Shown piece by piece: positions 35,356 to 46,600 of a stretch of DNA of 64,000 nucleotides. Positions within the stretch are counted from its first letter, which is position 1. Each line of letters begins with the position of its first letter. A model generated the notes under the pieces. That model worked only from the letters and a program-made list of their open reading frames with translations. It was not told the origin of the DNA and ran no database searches. The translations under genes were made by a program, and so were the position numbers. Origin of the DNA: a virus; IMG/VR virus record IMGVR_UViG_3300024344_000002, positions 9,325-73,324 of that record. The stretch is one strand, 5' to 3'.

Positions 35356-37953
35356 ATGGCTACTTATATAGGTTCATCATTAATAAACGCAAGAGCAAGA
35401 ATGCTCAGCAATGTACATGCTAGCGGAAATCTTCCTGTTTCCGTTGGTACTGTAGGTACATTGCATAGACCCGGTGAAACTAATGACATTGGACTTGTAA
35501 TGTTTGGGGAGGTTGAAAGAGCGCCTCAAAGGTTTGTTGCACCAAGTGGTACAAATAGAGAGTATGCATATTGGAGAGGAAACCAAAACAAACAAACAGT
35601 TCAAAAATTTGATCAAGCTTATATGGCTTTAGAAGGTAGTGGAATATATGGTTCTGCACCTCAAGTGATAGTAGAAACAGGTGACTCTTCAGGCAGTGGA
35701 ACCTGTTCTGAAGGCAGTGGTCAGGGTGGCTGTACTTGGTTTTGGGATTTATATAGTGGTGGTTGGATATCTTATGGAAGCGTATGTCCCGATGGTTGTG
35801 GTTGTGGTAATCCACCATCTTACAATGGGTCAATGTATGGAGAAATAACTAACACTGATTGTACTGGCTCAACAGCAACCCAAACCGGACAAGGTGTAGG
35901 AGATGATGTCGGTTACGCTAGATGGTTCAAAGCCGGAGAAACAAAAGACTACCTTGGGGATGAAGCTATTACTCAAAGATCTCTTTATCTTAGTGAGAGA
36001 TCGTTCATCAATGTTGGCAGTGGTGTTGATATTGGGCAGACTTCAGGATACACAGCATTTGCTAAGTTTGTGCCTAGTGGAGACATGTCTAACACCGTCT
36101 TAGTATCTCAACATAAAGAAAATCCAGCCTTATTTGTTTTGGGTTGTGACTTTGATGGCAAATTTTACATCAGATCTGACAGTTCATCAACCGAGTTAGG
36201 CCGAGACAATATAGCCCAATTTGCTAAGTCAAGAGAAACATACGAACAATACAAGTATCCAGTACACTTGATGGGTGTATACGCTTCTGGAGATTCAAGA
36301 TTAAAGCTCTATGTTAATGGAAAGCTAGAAGGCGAATCAGAAACATTCACTAGAATCACAAATAAATCAGCTAACACTAATATGATTTTGGGCAAACGAG
36401 AGTTTGCTATGACTCAAAAAGGTTTTACTGGGTGGATAGATGAGATTGGAATATCTTCAAGATCTCTTGGTTCTACTGAAGTGCAGTCTTTTTATGATAG
36501 CACATTCTCAATATCAGATTTAATATTCAACGCTGATGTTACTCCAACAGGAGGTGCGTTAGAAGGTACTGCATTTGGTGACTCTGGTATAGACGCTTTC
36601 AATGAAACTTATGCAGAGTTACATATTGAATCTGGAAATCCTTATAACGCAAAAGGAGGAGCTTACGATTTAAAATCTTGGGGTGGTACTAACAATGCGG
36701 TATCATCAGTTCTTACATTTGATTTAACTCAAATAGACCCTAGATTTCATCAGTTAGAATCTCTTTCTGTTGACATGTGGGTGGAACACAACACCACGCA
36801 TCCAAGCGGAGCTGATGTGTCTGTTGTGGTAGAAAATCAGAAAACGCCGAATGTTAACTTAGCTTGGGCAGCATCTGGGATAAATATCCCGTCTGGTCAA
36901 AAAAGGCTATTATCTTTTAATAAACCTTTAAGTCAGAACTTGTATACTAAGACTGGTAAAGAGTCTTATAACTTGTCATTGGATAGACACAAGCTAAAAA
37001 TTATCGTTTCGTATCCTGCCTTAGATAGTTTGTACAATGCTGAGTTTAGAATTTTCTCCAGTAAATTAATGTATGACGGCTTTGACATACTTTCTAAGTA
37101 TAATAGTAAGGATGGATTGTCTATAGGTCCTACAATCTATGGGCATGGAGTTTTGGATGAAGATGGCTATTATGCATCATATGACACTGGCGATAAAAGC
37201 TTAACATTTTTCACTGAAGGTGGAACTCCCACTGCCGCAAGTGGAAACTTAGCTTTATTTGTTGACGCTGATACTGCTGCACAAAGCTTAAACTTAGTAT
37301 TGAATCATGATCCTCAAACAAGCCTTGGTAACACTGCTACCGGTTCTTTAGCAGCTAATGCTGGTGTTACAATGAACACCACTCTTGGTTTGTTTACTAA
37401 GTTTGGACCAGCTTCTGGAAACCTTAATTTATTCTTGAAGCAAAAAGAATTTAGAAAAGCAGTTCCCGGTACATTGAATTTTGACATTACCGGCTCTGAA
37501 TTTGTATATCCATACAATCAGAAAAATATGCCTTTGTTCCTTCTTTCTTCTGCTGGAACTGGGATACATGCAGCTGAAATGTTTTTGACTATGCCAAAAA
37601 CTATAGCTCCTCCTATATTCGATAAACGCTTACTGTTTATTGAAGGTAGGCAACCAGTAGCTGATATACCTTTATGGATACAAACAGCTTCTGGAATTAA
37701 TAGATTTTCCACTTTGTATGTGTTAGCTCCTAATGCTGCATCTACAAATACAAATATGAATCTATTTTTGAAAGATAAAAATATATTTTCTACGTCATCA
37801 TTGAAGGCTAATGCCGGTATTGTAATGAGTGGCGTTCCTCCATTGTTTGTCAGTGGTCTAGGACTTGGAAGCGGTTTATTAAATTTGAGTATACCAAACA
37901 CTATTGGTTCTGGTACTTCCAACACAACACTAACTACAAAAGGTATATTTTAA
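35356..37953 (+). CDS. Tail protein with LamG/concanavalin A-like domain
   Basis: HLMGVY...LKLYVNGKLEG and FTGWIDEIGISSRSLGSTEVQSFY. C-terminal (L/M)xLF repeats. Confidence 0.7.
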   Translation: MATYIGSSLINARARMLSNVHASGNLPVSVGTVGTLHRPGETNDIGLVMFGEVERAPQRFVAPSGTNREYAYWRGNQNKQTVQKFDQAYMALEGSGIYGSAPQVIVETGDSSGSGTCSEGSGQGGCTWFWDLYSGGWISYGSVCPDGCGCGNPPSYNGSMYGEITNTDCTGSTATQTGQGVGDDVGYARWFKAGETKDYLGDEAITQRSLYLSERSFINVGSGVDIGQTSGYTAFAKFVPSGDMSNTVLVSQHKENPALFVLGCDFDGKFYIRSDSSSTELGRDNIAQFAKSRETYEQYKYPVHLMGVYASGDSRLKLYVNGKLEGESETFTRITNKSANTNMILGKREFAMTQKGFTGWIDEIGISSRSLGSTEVQSFYDSTFSISDLIFNADVTPTGGALEGTAFGDSGIDAFNETYAELHIESGNPYNAKGGAYDLKSWGGTNNAVSSVLTFDLTQIDPRFHQLESLSVDMWVEHNTTHPSGADVSVVVENQKTPNVNLAWAASGINIPSGQKRLLSFNKPLSQNLYTKTGKESYNLSLDRHKLKIIVSYPALDSLYNAEFRIFSSKLMYDGFDILSKYNSKDGLSIGPTIYGHGVLDEDGYYASYDTGDKSLTFFTEGGTPTAASGNLALFVDADTAAQSLNLVLNHDPQTSLGNTATGSLAANAGVTMNTTLGLFTKFGPASGNLNLFLKQKEFRKAVPGTLNFDITGSEFVYPYNQKNMPLFLLSSAGTGIHAAEMFLTMPKTIAPPIFDKRLLFIEGRQPVADIPLWIQTASGINRFSTLYVLAPNAASTNTNMNLFLKDKNIFSTSSLKANAGIVMSGVPPLFVSGLGLGSGLLNLSIPNTIGSGTSNTTLTTKGIF

Positions 37954-40523
37954 TGCCAGTTACTATAACAGATACTAGAACAGACCGAAAAAACTATTTA
38001 ATTCCTGCACCTTTTGTCAATATAACAAAAAACTTTGACAAACAGGGTGATGGTGAAATTATAGGTGCTACGTACAGCATAACACTAACAGGTACTTTAT
38101 TAGCTGATAGAGGGTCTCCTTTAAATCACCTAGGAATTGACACTCTAGGTATTAAAGCGGACGTATTGGCCGGTAAAAGAACTGGGTTTATTGACGACCA
38201 AATTATGACCACCCTTGTTAGCCGTGCAGCGCCTTGTAACTACAAAGACTATATACACGGTCATTGCGGTGCTGCAAATTTGGGAGAAGAATATTACAGA
38301 GCATTGCAAGTAAAGCAAAAAGCTTTATTGAATATGTTCAGTAAACTTAATGAAGGTGCTTTGTTAGAAGTAAGTCCTCCAGAAGAATCTATGGATCCTG
38401 ACGTTGACGGGTTTAGAGCTTTTGTAAAATTTGAGTCTATAGACATACCAGCACACAATCCCGGAGACCCTGTTAAATCTCAATATACTATTAATCTTAA
38501 AGCTGATTATCTTGTAGGCCCAAATGGGCAGATAGACCAAGAAGACTGGGAAAATTTAGGTAGATGGCTAGTATCTTCAGCAAGCGAAACTTGGGATATA
38601 GCAGAGATTGATGGAAAACATGTTGTAGAAAGAGCAGATGGTACTAGTGGTTATGAAAGAAATGCTTTTAACAGAAATGATAATGCATATGAAGACATGT
38701 CAAGAGACATGCATAATGGAGAAGCTGTAGGTCATCATAAAGTGTATACTTTGACACATACTATTTCTTCAACTGGTAAATCTAAATTTGATAGAACAGC
38801 GAATAATGCAGCTGGAATACCCGGACATAAAATAATGGACGATGGTAACTATATTGAGAGTGGATCTATAGAAAATCAAAATGGAGAAAATGTAACAACT
38901 GGAACATCTAGCACAAAAAGTATAAAAGATGGATTCAGTTCTATGTATGCACCAAATGGAAGAGCTTGGCAGCAGGCAAGAGGTTTTGTATACGATGTAA
39001 TCAAATACGGAGAAAGGTTTTTAGCTGGTGATAATGGAGCTTTTGTTGACAATGCTGCTAGCACTACTTTAAAAGAAAATAGCACAAAAACTACTGAAGT
39101 TGATTATGACAATTATGACACATTTGGAATGAATCTACCTAAAAAGTCAGATGGAAGTCATATATACAAAGCATACAATTATAAAAGAACACAAAATGTA
39201 GACAAAAGAGGAGGATCTTTTAGTGTAACAGAAACTTGGACTCTTGCTCCAGAAGATTTTTTGGCGCTAGAAAGTTTTGATGTTAGCATTTCCGAGTCTG
39301 ACCAAGCAGGCGGAATCATTGAAGTGAGCATCAATGGAACAATAGAAGGTCTTTTAAACAACGCTGTAGATAACAGTGCGGCTGACAATAACACGACCGA
39401 CGATAAAGAAAAGTCAATGCTCACAGATACAACGCAAGACTCAAGAGAGACTAACGTTGATATAACTGGTAAGGGTACAGAAAAGGCCGTAGAACTTCCA
39501 GAGCCGCATCACGGGGTTATGGTTTATTCTAAGCATGAAAACGCAAAGCTGCATTACAACACTAAAGTGCAGCCTAATCTCTATAACACTGCCCAGAAGA
39601 TGATTGATGATTTGTTTGGTTATGAACAAATTGGATATGCAGGCGTAGAGGATGGAGATGCATGGACCGACAAAGGTCTTATTGTTAATCCTCTTCCAGT
39701 AAATAAGAGTATAACTCAGCAGCCCGGAACTGGAACAATAACGTATAATTTTACTTTCAGTACTAAACCAATTGGAAACATACCGTTTTGTAGTAATGAA
39801 ACTATATCAGTTTCTACTAACTATCCGGGAATGGTAGTTGCTCAACATCAAGTAATAGGTAGACCATTAGGTCCGGTTCTACAAAGTCTTGGAACTCAAA
39901 CGGCAGCAACAAGAAGTTTAAGCTTAAGTTGTAATGTTGATGTTAGAAGAAAATATTTGTGTATTGATAGTTTGTACTATACTGTACATCCATATTCAAA
40001 CTCAGATGCGTGTACTGCTGCTAAAGGACCAGAAGGTCAATCTTTAATATGGATAAAGAATCCTAACTATGTAAACACTAGAGCTTCTATTCATGGCACA
40101 GCTACTGCTGGAGCCAATTATGACGCATTGAGACCAAGAGCAACTGAAGCTATGTCTAGTGCTAGACCAAGCACTCAAAGAAATAGCTATTGGGGTACTA
40201 CTGCTGTTGAACCAAATGCAACTTATAAATTATCTCAACACAATGGAATAGCTCGAATAGTAAGTTCTTTTGATCCTTTTGCTTATAGAACTTTGTACGA
40301 TTCAGCAAACAAAAATTATACTGCTCATTATAGAGAGCATGGTGTTAGAAAATCGTACCATGATGCGCCTAGTGAAAGTTGGGATCCTACAACTGGAGCA
40401 TGGAGTTATAGTATTACTTGGACATACGAAATGGATGATCCATACACCCAACCTTCAACAACTTACTTGAACGGGGCAAATGCAGATGCATCGGCTTCGC
40501 CTTGGCCGGGAGATGAGATGTAA
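37953..40523 (+). CDS. Tail tip/distal tail-like protein
   Basis: YSITLTGTL, GSFSVTETW, GTITYNFTF and ESWDPTTGAWSYSITW beta-rich hub-like repeats. Position after the TMP. Confidence 0.5.
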   Translation: MPVTITDTRTDRKNYLIPAPFVNITKNFDKQGDGEIIGATYSITLTGTLLADRGSPLNHLGIDTLGIKADVLAGKRTGFIDDQIMTTLVSRAAPCNYKDYIHGHCGAANLGEEYYRALQVKQKALLNMFSKLNEGALLEVSPPEESMDPDVDGFRAFVKFESIDIPAHNPGDPVKSQYTINLKADYLVGPNGQIDQEDWENLGRWLVSSASETWDIAEIDGKHVVERADGTSGYERNAFNRNDNAYEDMSRDMHNGEAVGHHKVYTLTHTISSTGKSKFDRTANNAAGIPGHKIMDDGNYIESGSIENQNGENVTTGTSSTKSIKDGFSSMYAPNGRAWQQARGFVYDVIKYGERFLAGDNGAFVDNAASTTLKENSTKTTEVDYDNYDTFGMNLPKKSDGSHIYKAYNYKRTQNVDKRGGSFSVTETWTLAPEDFLALESFDVSISESDQAGGIIEVSINGTIEGLLNNAVDNSAADNNTTDDKEKSMLTDTTQDSRETNVDITGKGTEKAVELPEPHHGVMVYSKHENAKLHYNTKVQPNLYNTAQKMIDDLFGYEQIGYAGVEDGDAWTDKGLIVNPLPVNKSITQQPGTGTITYNFTFSTKPIGNIPFCSNETISVSTNYPGMVVAQHQVIGRPLGPVLQSLGTQTAATRSLSLSCNVDVRRKYLCIDSLYYTVHPYSNSDACTAAKGPEGQSLIWIKNPNYVNTRASIHGTATAGANYDALRPRATEAMSSARPSTQRNSYWGTTAVEPNATYKLSQHNGIARIVSSFDPFAYRTLYDSANKNYTAHYREHGVRKSYHDAPSESWDPTTGAWSYSITWTYEMDDPYTQPSTTYLNGANADASASPWPGDEM

Positions 40524-43500
40524 TGTCAACTGTCTATACTTATCCATTACGAGAAAGAAATATAAACGAATCCATCCTCCCTTACTATTCAGGAGATACG
40601 GGAGATGATGGTTTTGTTATTTTTCAACAGACTTTTCTTGGGGCTTCTATAAGTCAATTTGCATTAAATTTAGGTTTTAATGGAAATTCTTCCACCCTCA
40701 ATGTTAGTCTCGTAGAGGACGAATGGAATTTAGACAGTAAGATGACTGCTAATACTGTAAGAGATGCAATTACAGAAGGTTATCATCATTGGGATCCTAC
40801 TGCTTTTCCTGTAGGTCTTGTTAGAGACAATGGTAGGCAATTAGGCTTGGACCCTTTTGTTGCTGGTGATAGATCAAGCGTTGGTACTCATGTTTATAGA
40901 AATGGAAACAATCTAAATTTACCAGCCGGAGACTTATTCTGGGCGACAACACCCGGAGAGCCAGTTTATTTCAGGTATTATGATGGTGCTAGACTTTCCT
41001 CCGCTTGTGTATCAAATAGAACTTGTGCAAATTCTAATACTGGCGATGCTTCTACAAGTCCTCTAACGTTTGAGTTTAATGGAATATTAAAAAGCTATAA
41101 AAGAGATTGGAGTGGAAATGGTCAAACTTATAGCGTAGTTGTAGAAGACCCAAGAGTAATACTAGAGAATACTACTGTAATATTAGATTCTTTTCAGGGT
41201 CATACAGCACCAGCTGATGCTTGGTATATGGATCAACATTATCATCCAAACGAAAAAGCGATAACTCCTAAAGAAACGCTTGAAGCTCTTGGACAAGATG
41301 CAAAGTTTCAAAGAAAATTTGAAGAGGGTTATAACGGTTATTATAACGTAGTAAATGTATTTGGATATTATGAGGAAGCTGGAGGTTTTGGTCAGTCTGA
41401 CACGAATGAGCATGGGATACCTTGGTTCGCTGCAACGGCTGATTATATTAATGCTTGGGGTTATAAACATAATAAAGGCATATTGCCAGCATTAGATATG
41501 ATTCTTTCTGGAACTATGAAAGAGTATATAAAAGATGAAGAGCCTTATGGTGGCCCTCTTTACTATGGTTTAAATTCTAGACCTACTACTTTTGGCTCAA
41601 GTACTTCTTACGAAAATTCTCCAACTGGATTTCCCAATAACGCAGGAGTCCATAAGTACGCCATAGACCTTAGCCCGTTGTACAACTTAAACAACATTTA
41701 CAACCCAACACCAAAAGACGTTGACTATGGTGATAGTATTGGGATGGGTACTGTTGGTGATGATTTTAGAATAAAAGGTACAAAAAATTTATTGCAATTG
41801 ATACAAGAAATTTGTACAGCCGCTGGCGCTGACTTTTTTGTAGACTTGTACGTTCCTAGAAATGGAACTGGTAATCCAGCAGAACAAAAATTGTTTGATA
41901 TGCACAAACATAAAGCTGGAATCATAAGAGTTATACCAATACCAAAAAATGCAGACATACAACCGGGTATTATAAAAACAGTATTAGATCAGTCTCTCTT
42001 TCTAAAGATAGGTCCTTGGGCTGATAAAATAATTAGTGCTGATGTTGGTTATGAACATACAGATCCTACAACTGGAATGTTTACCATAGGCGCTCCATTG
42101 ACCAGAGTTATTGGAGTTTCAATGACCGGAGGTCAAAGATCTAAACCTTCTGACAATTGGAGAGGGAAGGGTAAGATACTAGGTAGTAGACGTAGAGAAG
42201 ACTTCTTCTTCAATAAAGATACTGAAAAGTATTTCGATGGTGATGTTGATCCAGAACGCGATGATGTTCTTATAGATTCAGGTCCTTTTTTAGAATTAGA
42301 TGGCGCTGCACTTCAAGGCTATGCAACCACTCTTTATGACGGTCATATGTGGGGCGTATGGCGACATCCTAGCAAGAGAGACGCAGATGGCGATTTTTCA
42401 CATTTCAAGGACTACAATGCTGATTGGGGTGGGAAAAAAGGAACTATTCCAAACTTCTTTGACGCAGTTGATGGCAGACCTATTCTAAAAGATGAAATAG
42501 CTGATTTAGTAGACAATGATTATTTTGATGCTAGGCCAGTTCCTATTGGTCGTTTGAAAATGGGAGCGGATAACAACAACAACGGCGTTATAGTAAATAA
42601 AGTTGATCCATTTATGTTCAACATACCTAACAATAAAGATGTTGACAAATGGTTCACAGAAAATAGCGGCGACTATGAAGGAGTACCAGACAAAAACCCA
42701 AGCCTATACGATAACGAGGGCAATGAACTTGAATGGCCTCAACATCCTATGGATGGTTATATAGATTTGTTTCCAGCTTGGGGATTTACTTCAAAAAGAT
42801 TTGTACAAAAGTCTGAATTTGGACAACAAATTGATATACAAACAAAAGGGGAACCTATCATGGGTATGTTCCATGATGATGACCCTTATAGAGACTTTCA
42901 TCCTTACGATGGTCTTTTTGGAGGTATAGCGTTTTTCAATCCCGGTTTAGGTAAATGCGTAAGTAAACCAAAATGTACTTATAGCGATGGGTCTTATGCT
43001 ACTAAAGAAGGCATAGAAAATGGCGAGCTTTGCAATACTAAAGAATCGTGTGAAGCTGGATACAATAATACAAGAAGTTATTGTGATAAAGGTCAATACA
43101 ATAATCAAGGTGATTGTGTAAACAATGGTGGTACATGGTACAGCAACGTAAAAGATCCGGGTTGCAATGGGCCTAATGAAAAAGCATCTACTTGGGATGG
43201 TGGTATGCAACCAAAAACAGCTTGCGATAACATGCCTGAAATTTGTCAGTGTGATCCAGAGCAGGAGTTTAAAGACAATGGAGGTGAAGATCCAGAAAAT
43301 GAATGTACTACAGCTAGAAATGGTCACCCAATAGGATGTGCTGGAATATTTAAATATGATTGTATTCCTTGGGCTAATTGTGTTACTTCGGCTGGAGACT
43401 CTATTACTGGAAGCATACCCGGTGCGCCTCCGTTAGGAGCTGGTTTATATTTGCCCGGTTCAGATTGGGGTCGTGACGAGTGGTCTTGTACGCAAGCTTG

Positions 43501-46500
43501 TTTTCAAGTTGAAAATCTAGAAGCTTTGACTCCAGCAGATAGGCAACAAAGAACAAATATAGACGTTAAAGGGGCGACTGTTGGAGATTTATTAGAGACG
43601 GCTCCTGTGCTTGCTGTAGATGAGAACGATGAACCAGCAGATTTAGGTGCTGAGGGTAGAAAGTTAATTAATAAGCCAAGCCTATGCTCCGCTTTGGAAG
43701 AAAAAGATTACACTGGTTACATAGACGGTGGTAGTTCAGGAGAAAGAGTTCCTGCTTGGGTAGGCGCTGTGATGTATATAGATTCTACCACAGGACATCC
43801 AAGCCCTAGTCAGTCAACAGCTAGATTAAATGGAACACAAGGAAATAGTTTTGAAGGGAATGACAATGGTCCATACGCTGAAGATTGTACTTGGAGAAAC
43901 TTCCGACAGCCTAACGGAGGTTGGTGTAAAGACAATGATACCAACGATCACGCTTTAGGTCATACTGGATCTCATAGGTATACAAGAGAAGATGTAGATC
44001 AAACTTTTAATACTAGAGCAGAATGTGAACAAACATTAGTAGATGAAACTATAGTAAATGATGATGGTAGTTCAGTTACTAAAGGTGTAAAAAGAGAAAG
44101 AAGCGAGAATCCGCAATTATATGGTAACTTTGAATGGATAACAAAAGTTTGGGATCCGTTATGCACAAGAGCAGAACCAAATACTCCCGATGCAGTAGAT
44201 CCAAAGAAAAATAACCCCGGTCCGGGATATATCAATCCAGTTGTAGCACTAGAAGGTTCATGTACAGATCCACAATGGACTAACAGACAAGACTGTGTTG
44301 GACTGGGAGAGACATGGGATCAAAAGAAAACAGCAGGCTCAAGAGACTTAAAAGGATTCCCTAAAATACCAAACACTGCTACTATTCCTGTAGATTTGAG
44401 TAGTACTCAGTTTGTTGGTTTTAAAGGAGGTCCATCTAGTATAAATATAGACAACGCTAGTGGTTACTATATGGCGACGGTCACAGAATTGAGACATGCT
44501 TCTATAGGTTTTGACAACTACTTCAACTATTTGAGAGTTTTCCAGCCTTTCTTGCCATGTTATTATTGCCAAGCTCAAGGTGGAAAATGGTGCAACTACT
44601 GCCCTACAGAAGCCAACATTGCAATGAACGGAATTACTCCTGAGCAAGCAGCAGGGTGGCAAAACCTAGCAGCTATGGGTAATGACAAGCCAATGAACCC
44701 AATTGAAGATGGTCTTTCAAGGGGTACAGACGAAAGAGAAGGTCAAACAGAAGCAGGCTTAGTTTGCGGAAGAAAGAAAATAAAATGGAACGAATACGAA
44801 GCATCTGGCGTGACAATGCAAGATGCATTCAAGAAAGTTCAAGACTTAGCAAATAATTTCTACGGCAGAAAGTATTTAATGCCACTTCCTTTTAATCCAC
44901 CTACAGTAGTTGGATGTGCCAATCCTTGGATTGAAACACAGGCAGAATGTGAAGAAACAAAAAGCACTTGCTTAGATGATATGGGAAACATAATTCATCA
45001 ACTAGACGATGACGGTGATTATATAGTGCCATTCGTACCCGTGACAGATGAGACTGAATGTGGACAACGGAATGGTGTATTCTCAGAAGTTGGTGGTTTT
45101 GATTGGGGCGCTCATGGATTGTTGAGTGAGTGGTTTAGAAAATTCGGAGTAGGTACTTGCAAGAAGGGGGCTGGTAGTGAAGAAGTTGTTGCTTGGGTTC
45201 CAGATAGAGCAGAATGTGAAAAAATCAAAGGAATTTGGATAGACCCATTACAAACAGAACAAAAATGGGATATCGTTGGTGCTGGATGGCCGGGAGAAGG
45301 TTATGACCCAGATTGGGAAAAACAGACATGGATGAATACTACTTACCCACAAGATGTAAACTTCTGGGAGGGTGGCAACTTAGCATCTTTTGTAGCTTTT
45401 CCTCATAAAGAAACAAGAAGACTGCAAGGAGACAAGGTAGATTTAAATTTTGGCGACATTGATCCAGAGAGAATGTCTAACCCAGACGAAAGGATGTTTA
45501 CCCGTGAGGAACTAGAAAAAAATAAACATCACAATAATATTCACAAAGGGTATACAGGTAAAGTTTTTGTTAGAGCTGATGTTGACCCTAAAACTTATTG
45601 GTTGAAAACTAGACCAATGTGGGAACTTTTACATGCTAAAACATATCCTATTAGAAGCCCCAAACACAGACAGCCAAGGCAAGCTCCTGAGTTTATTAAA
45701 GAAAGTAGGAAGTTACTTACTAGAGATACTCTTCATAAGTATATTCCTCAAGACGAGAAGTGGCGAGCAGACGAATTAACTGAGTTCGCATTTTATAAAC
45801 CTTATGCTTTGATTACCATCCCGAATGCTGTTAGATATGGTCATGTAGATTATGCAAAAGCTGTTGATGATATGGGTGAGGGTGAAATTTGTATACCATT
45901 AATACATCATAAAAATTCAAATTGTTTGCAAAGAGCTTGGGCTAGATCTAGTGGTGTTAGTCCAGAAATAGCTGCGTGGCAAAACTTGGCAGCGTTTGGT
46001 AATGACACTTTAACCCATCCAATGATAGCTCCTGATGGATCTAAGAGCCAGATTGCAGATGCTGCTTATAAACCTTTTTATGCTGGAGTTCCTCAACAAA
46101 GTACAAGATACACTTGGGGTCCTTGGGCTATAGGAACTGGATTTGGCAAAACAGAGTATAAGCAAGATACTTCTCTACATCCTGCTACGTTTGGTAGTGA
46201 AAGAGAATTGAACCGTTTTGCACTTGCTCAGGCTAAAAGAGCTTTAATACAGCAACAAAACACACTTGAAACTGGAACAGTTAGTTTAGCTGGTTTACCA
46301 ACTTATTTTGCTGGCACTCAGATAATGCTTACGATTGCTGACGGAACAGACGCTAATGGCAATCCTGCCTTTAAGCAGGTACAAGGTCCATATGTAACAG
46401 ATGTCAATGTGCAAATAGGATCTGGAGGTGTTACCACTACGTATAATCTTACTACTGCTAGAAAGTTTGGAGATCTTTCGCAAAGAAATGAAGAAAGAAT

Positions 46501-46600
46501 TAAAAACATGGAAGCAAAAATGTTTGCAAATGAGAAGGCTTTTGAGGACTTTATTGTGAGAATTCGCAGAGACTTATTATCAGAAACTGGGAAAAACTAA
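40523..46600 (+). CDS. Baseplate hub/Tal-like protein with Cys-rich insertions (2025 aa)
   Basis: QTFLGASI, STLNVSLVED, YSVVVEDPR and LLQLIQEICTAAGADFFV. C-terminal ETGTVSLAGLP and VTDVNVQIGSGGVTTTY. Confidence 0.6.
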   Translation: MSTVYTYPLRERNINESILPYYSGDTGDDGFVIFQQTFLGASISQFALNLGFNGNSSTLNVSLVEDEWNLDSKMTANTVRDAITEGYHHWDPTAFPVGLVRDNGRQLGLDPFVAGDRSSVGTHVYRNGNNLNLPAGDLFWATTPGEPVYFRYYDGARLSSACVSNRTCANSNTGDASTSPLTFEFNGILKSYKRDWSGNGQTYSVVVEDPRVILENTTVILDSFQGHTAPADAWYMDQHYHPNEKAITPKETLEALGQDAKFQRKFEEGYNGYYNVVNVFGYYEEAGGFGQSDTNEHGIPWFAATADYINAWGYKHNKGILPALDMILSGTMKEYIKDEEPYGGPLYYGLNSRPTTFGSSTSYENSPTGFPNNAGVHKYAIDLSPLYNLNNIYNPTPKDVDYGDSIGMGTVGDDFRIKGTKNLLQLIQEICTAAGADFFVDLYVPRNGTGNPAEQKLFDMHKHKAGIIRVIPIPKNADIQPGIIKTVLDQSLFLKIGPWADKIISADVGYEHTDPTTGMFTIGAPLTRVIGVSMTGGQRSKPSDNWRGKGKILGSRRREDFFFNKDTEKYFDGDVDPERDDVLIDSGPFLELDGAALQGYATTLYDGHMWGVWRHPSKRDADGDFSHFKDYNADWGGKKGTIPNFFDAVDGRPILKDEIADLVDNDYFDARPVPIGRLKMGADNNNNGVIVNKVDPFMFNIPNNKDVDKWFTENSGDYEGVPDKNPSLYDNEGNELEWPQHPMDGYIDLFPAWGFTSKRFVQKSEFGQQIDIQTKGEPIMGMFHDDDPYRDFHPYDGLFGGIAFFNPGLGKCVSKPKCTYSDGSYATKEGIENGELCNTKESCEAGYNNTRSYCDKGQYNNQGDCVNNGGTWYSNVKDPGCNGPNEKASTWDGGMQPKTACDNMPEICQCDPEQEFKDNGGEDPENECTTARNGHPIGCAGIFKYDCIPWANCVTSAGDSITGSIPGAPPLGAGLYLPGSDWGRDEWSCTQACFQVENLEALTPADRQQRTNIDVKGATVGDLLETAPVLAVDENDEPADLGAEGRKLINKPSLCSALEEKDYTGYIDGGSSGERVPAWVGAVMYIDSTTGHPSPSQSTARLNGTQGNSFEGNDNGPYAEDCTWRNFRQPNGGWCKDNDTNDHALGHTGSHRYTREDVDQTFNTRAECEQTLVDETIVNDDGSSVTKGVKRERSENPQLYGNFEWITKVWDPLCTRAEPNTPDAVDPKKNNPGPGYINPVVALEGSCTDPQWTNRQDCVGLGETWDQKKTAGSRDLKGFPKIPNTATIPVDLSSTQFVGFKGGPSSINIDNASGYYMATVTELRHASIGFDNYFNYLRVFQPFLPCYYCQAQGGKWCNYCPTEANIAMNGITPEQAAGWQNLAAMGNDKPMNPIEDGLSRGTDEREGQTEAGLVCGRKKIKWNEYEASGVTMQDAFKKVQDLANNFYGRKYLMPLPFNPPTVVGCANPWIETQAECEETKSTCLDDMGNIIHQLDDDGDYIVPFVPVTDETECGQRNGVFSEVGGFDWGAHGLLSEWFRKFGVGTCKKGAGSEEVVAWVPDRAECEKIKGIWIDPLQTEQKWDIVGAGWPGEGYDPDWEKQTWMNTTYPQDVNFWEGGNLASFVAFPHKETRRLQGDKVDLNFGDIDPERMSNPDERMFTREELEKNKHHNNIHKGYTGKVFVRADVDPKTYWLKTRPMWELLHAKTYPIRSPKHRQPRQAPEFIKESRKLLTRDTLHKYIPQDEKWRADELTEFAFYKPYALITIPNAVRYGHVDYAKAVDDMGEGEICIPLIHHKNSNCLQRAWARSSGVSPEIAAWQNLAAFGNDTLTHPMIAPDGSKSQIADAAYKPFYAGVPQQSTRYTWGPWAIGTGFGKTEYKQDTSLHPATFGSERELNRFALAQAKRALIQQQNTLETGTVSLAGLPTYFAGTQIMLTIADGTDANGNPAFKQVQGPYVTDVNVQIGSGGVTTTYNLTTARKFGDLSQRNEERIKNMEAKMFANEKAFEDFIVRIRRDLLSETGKN

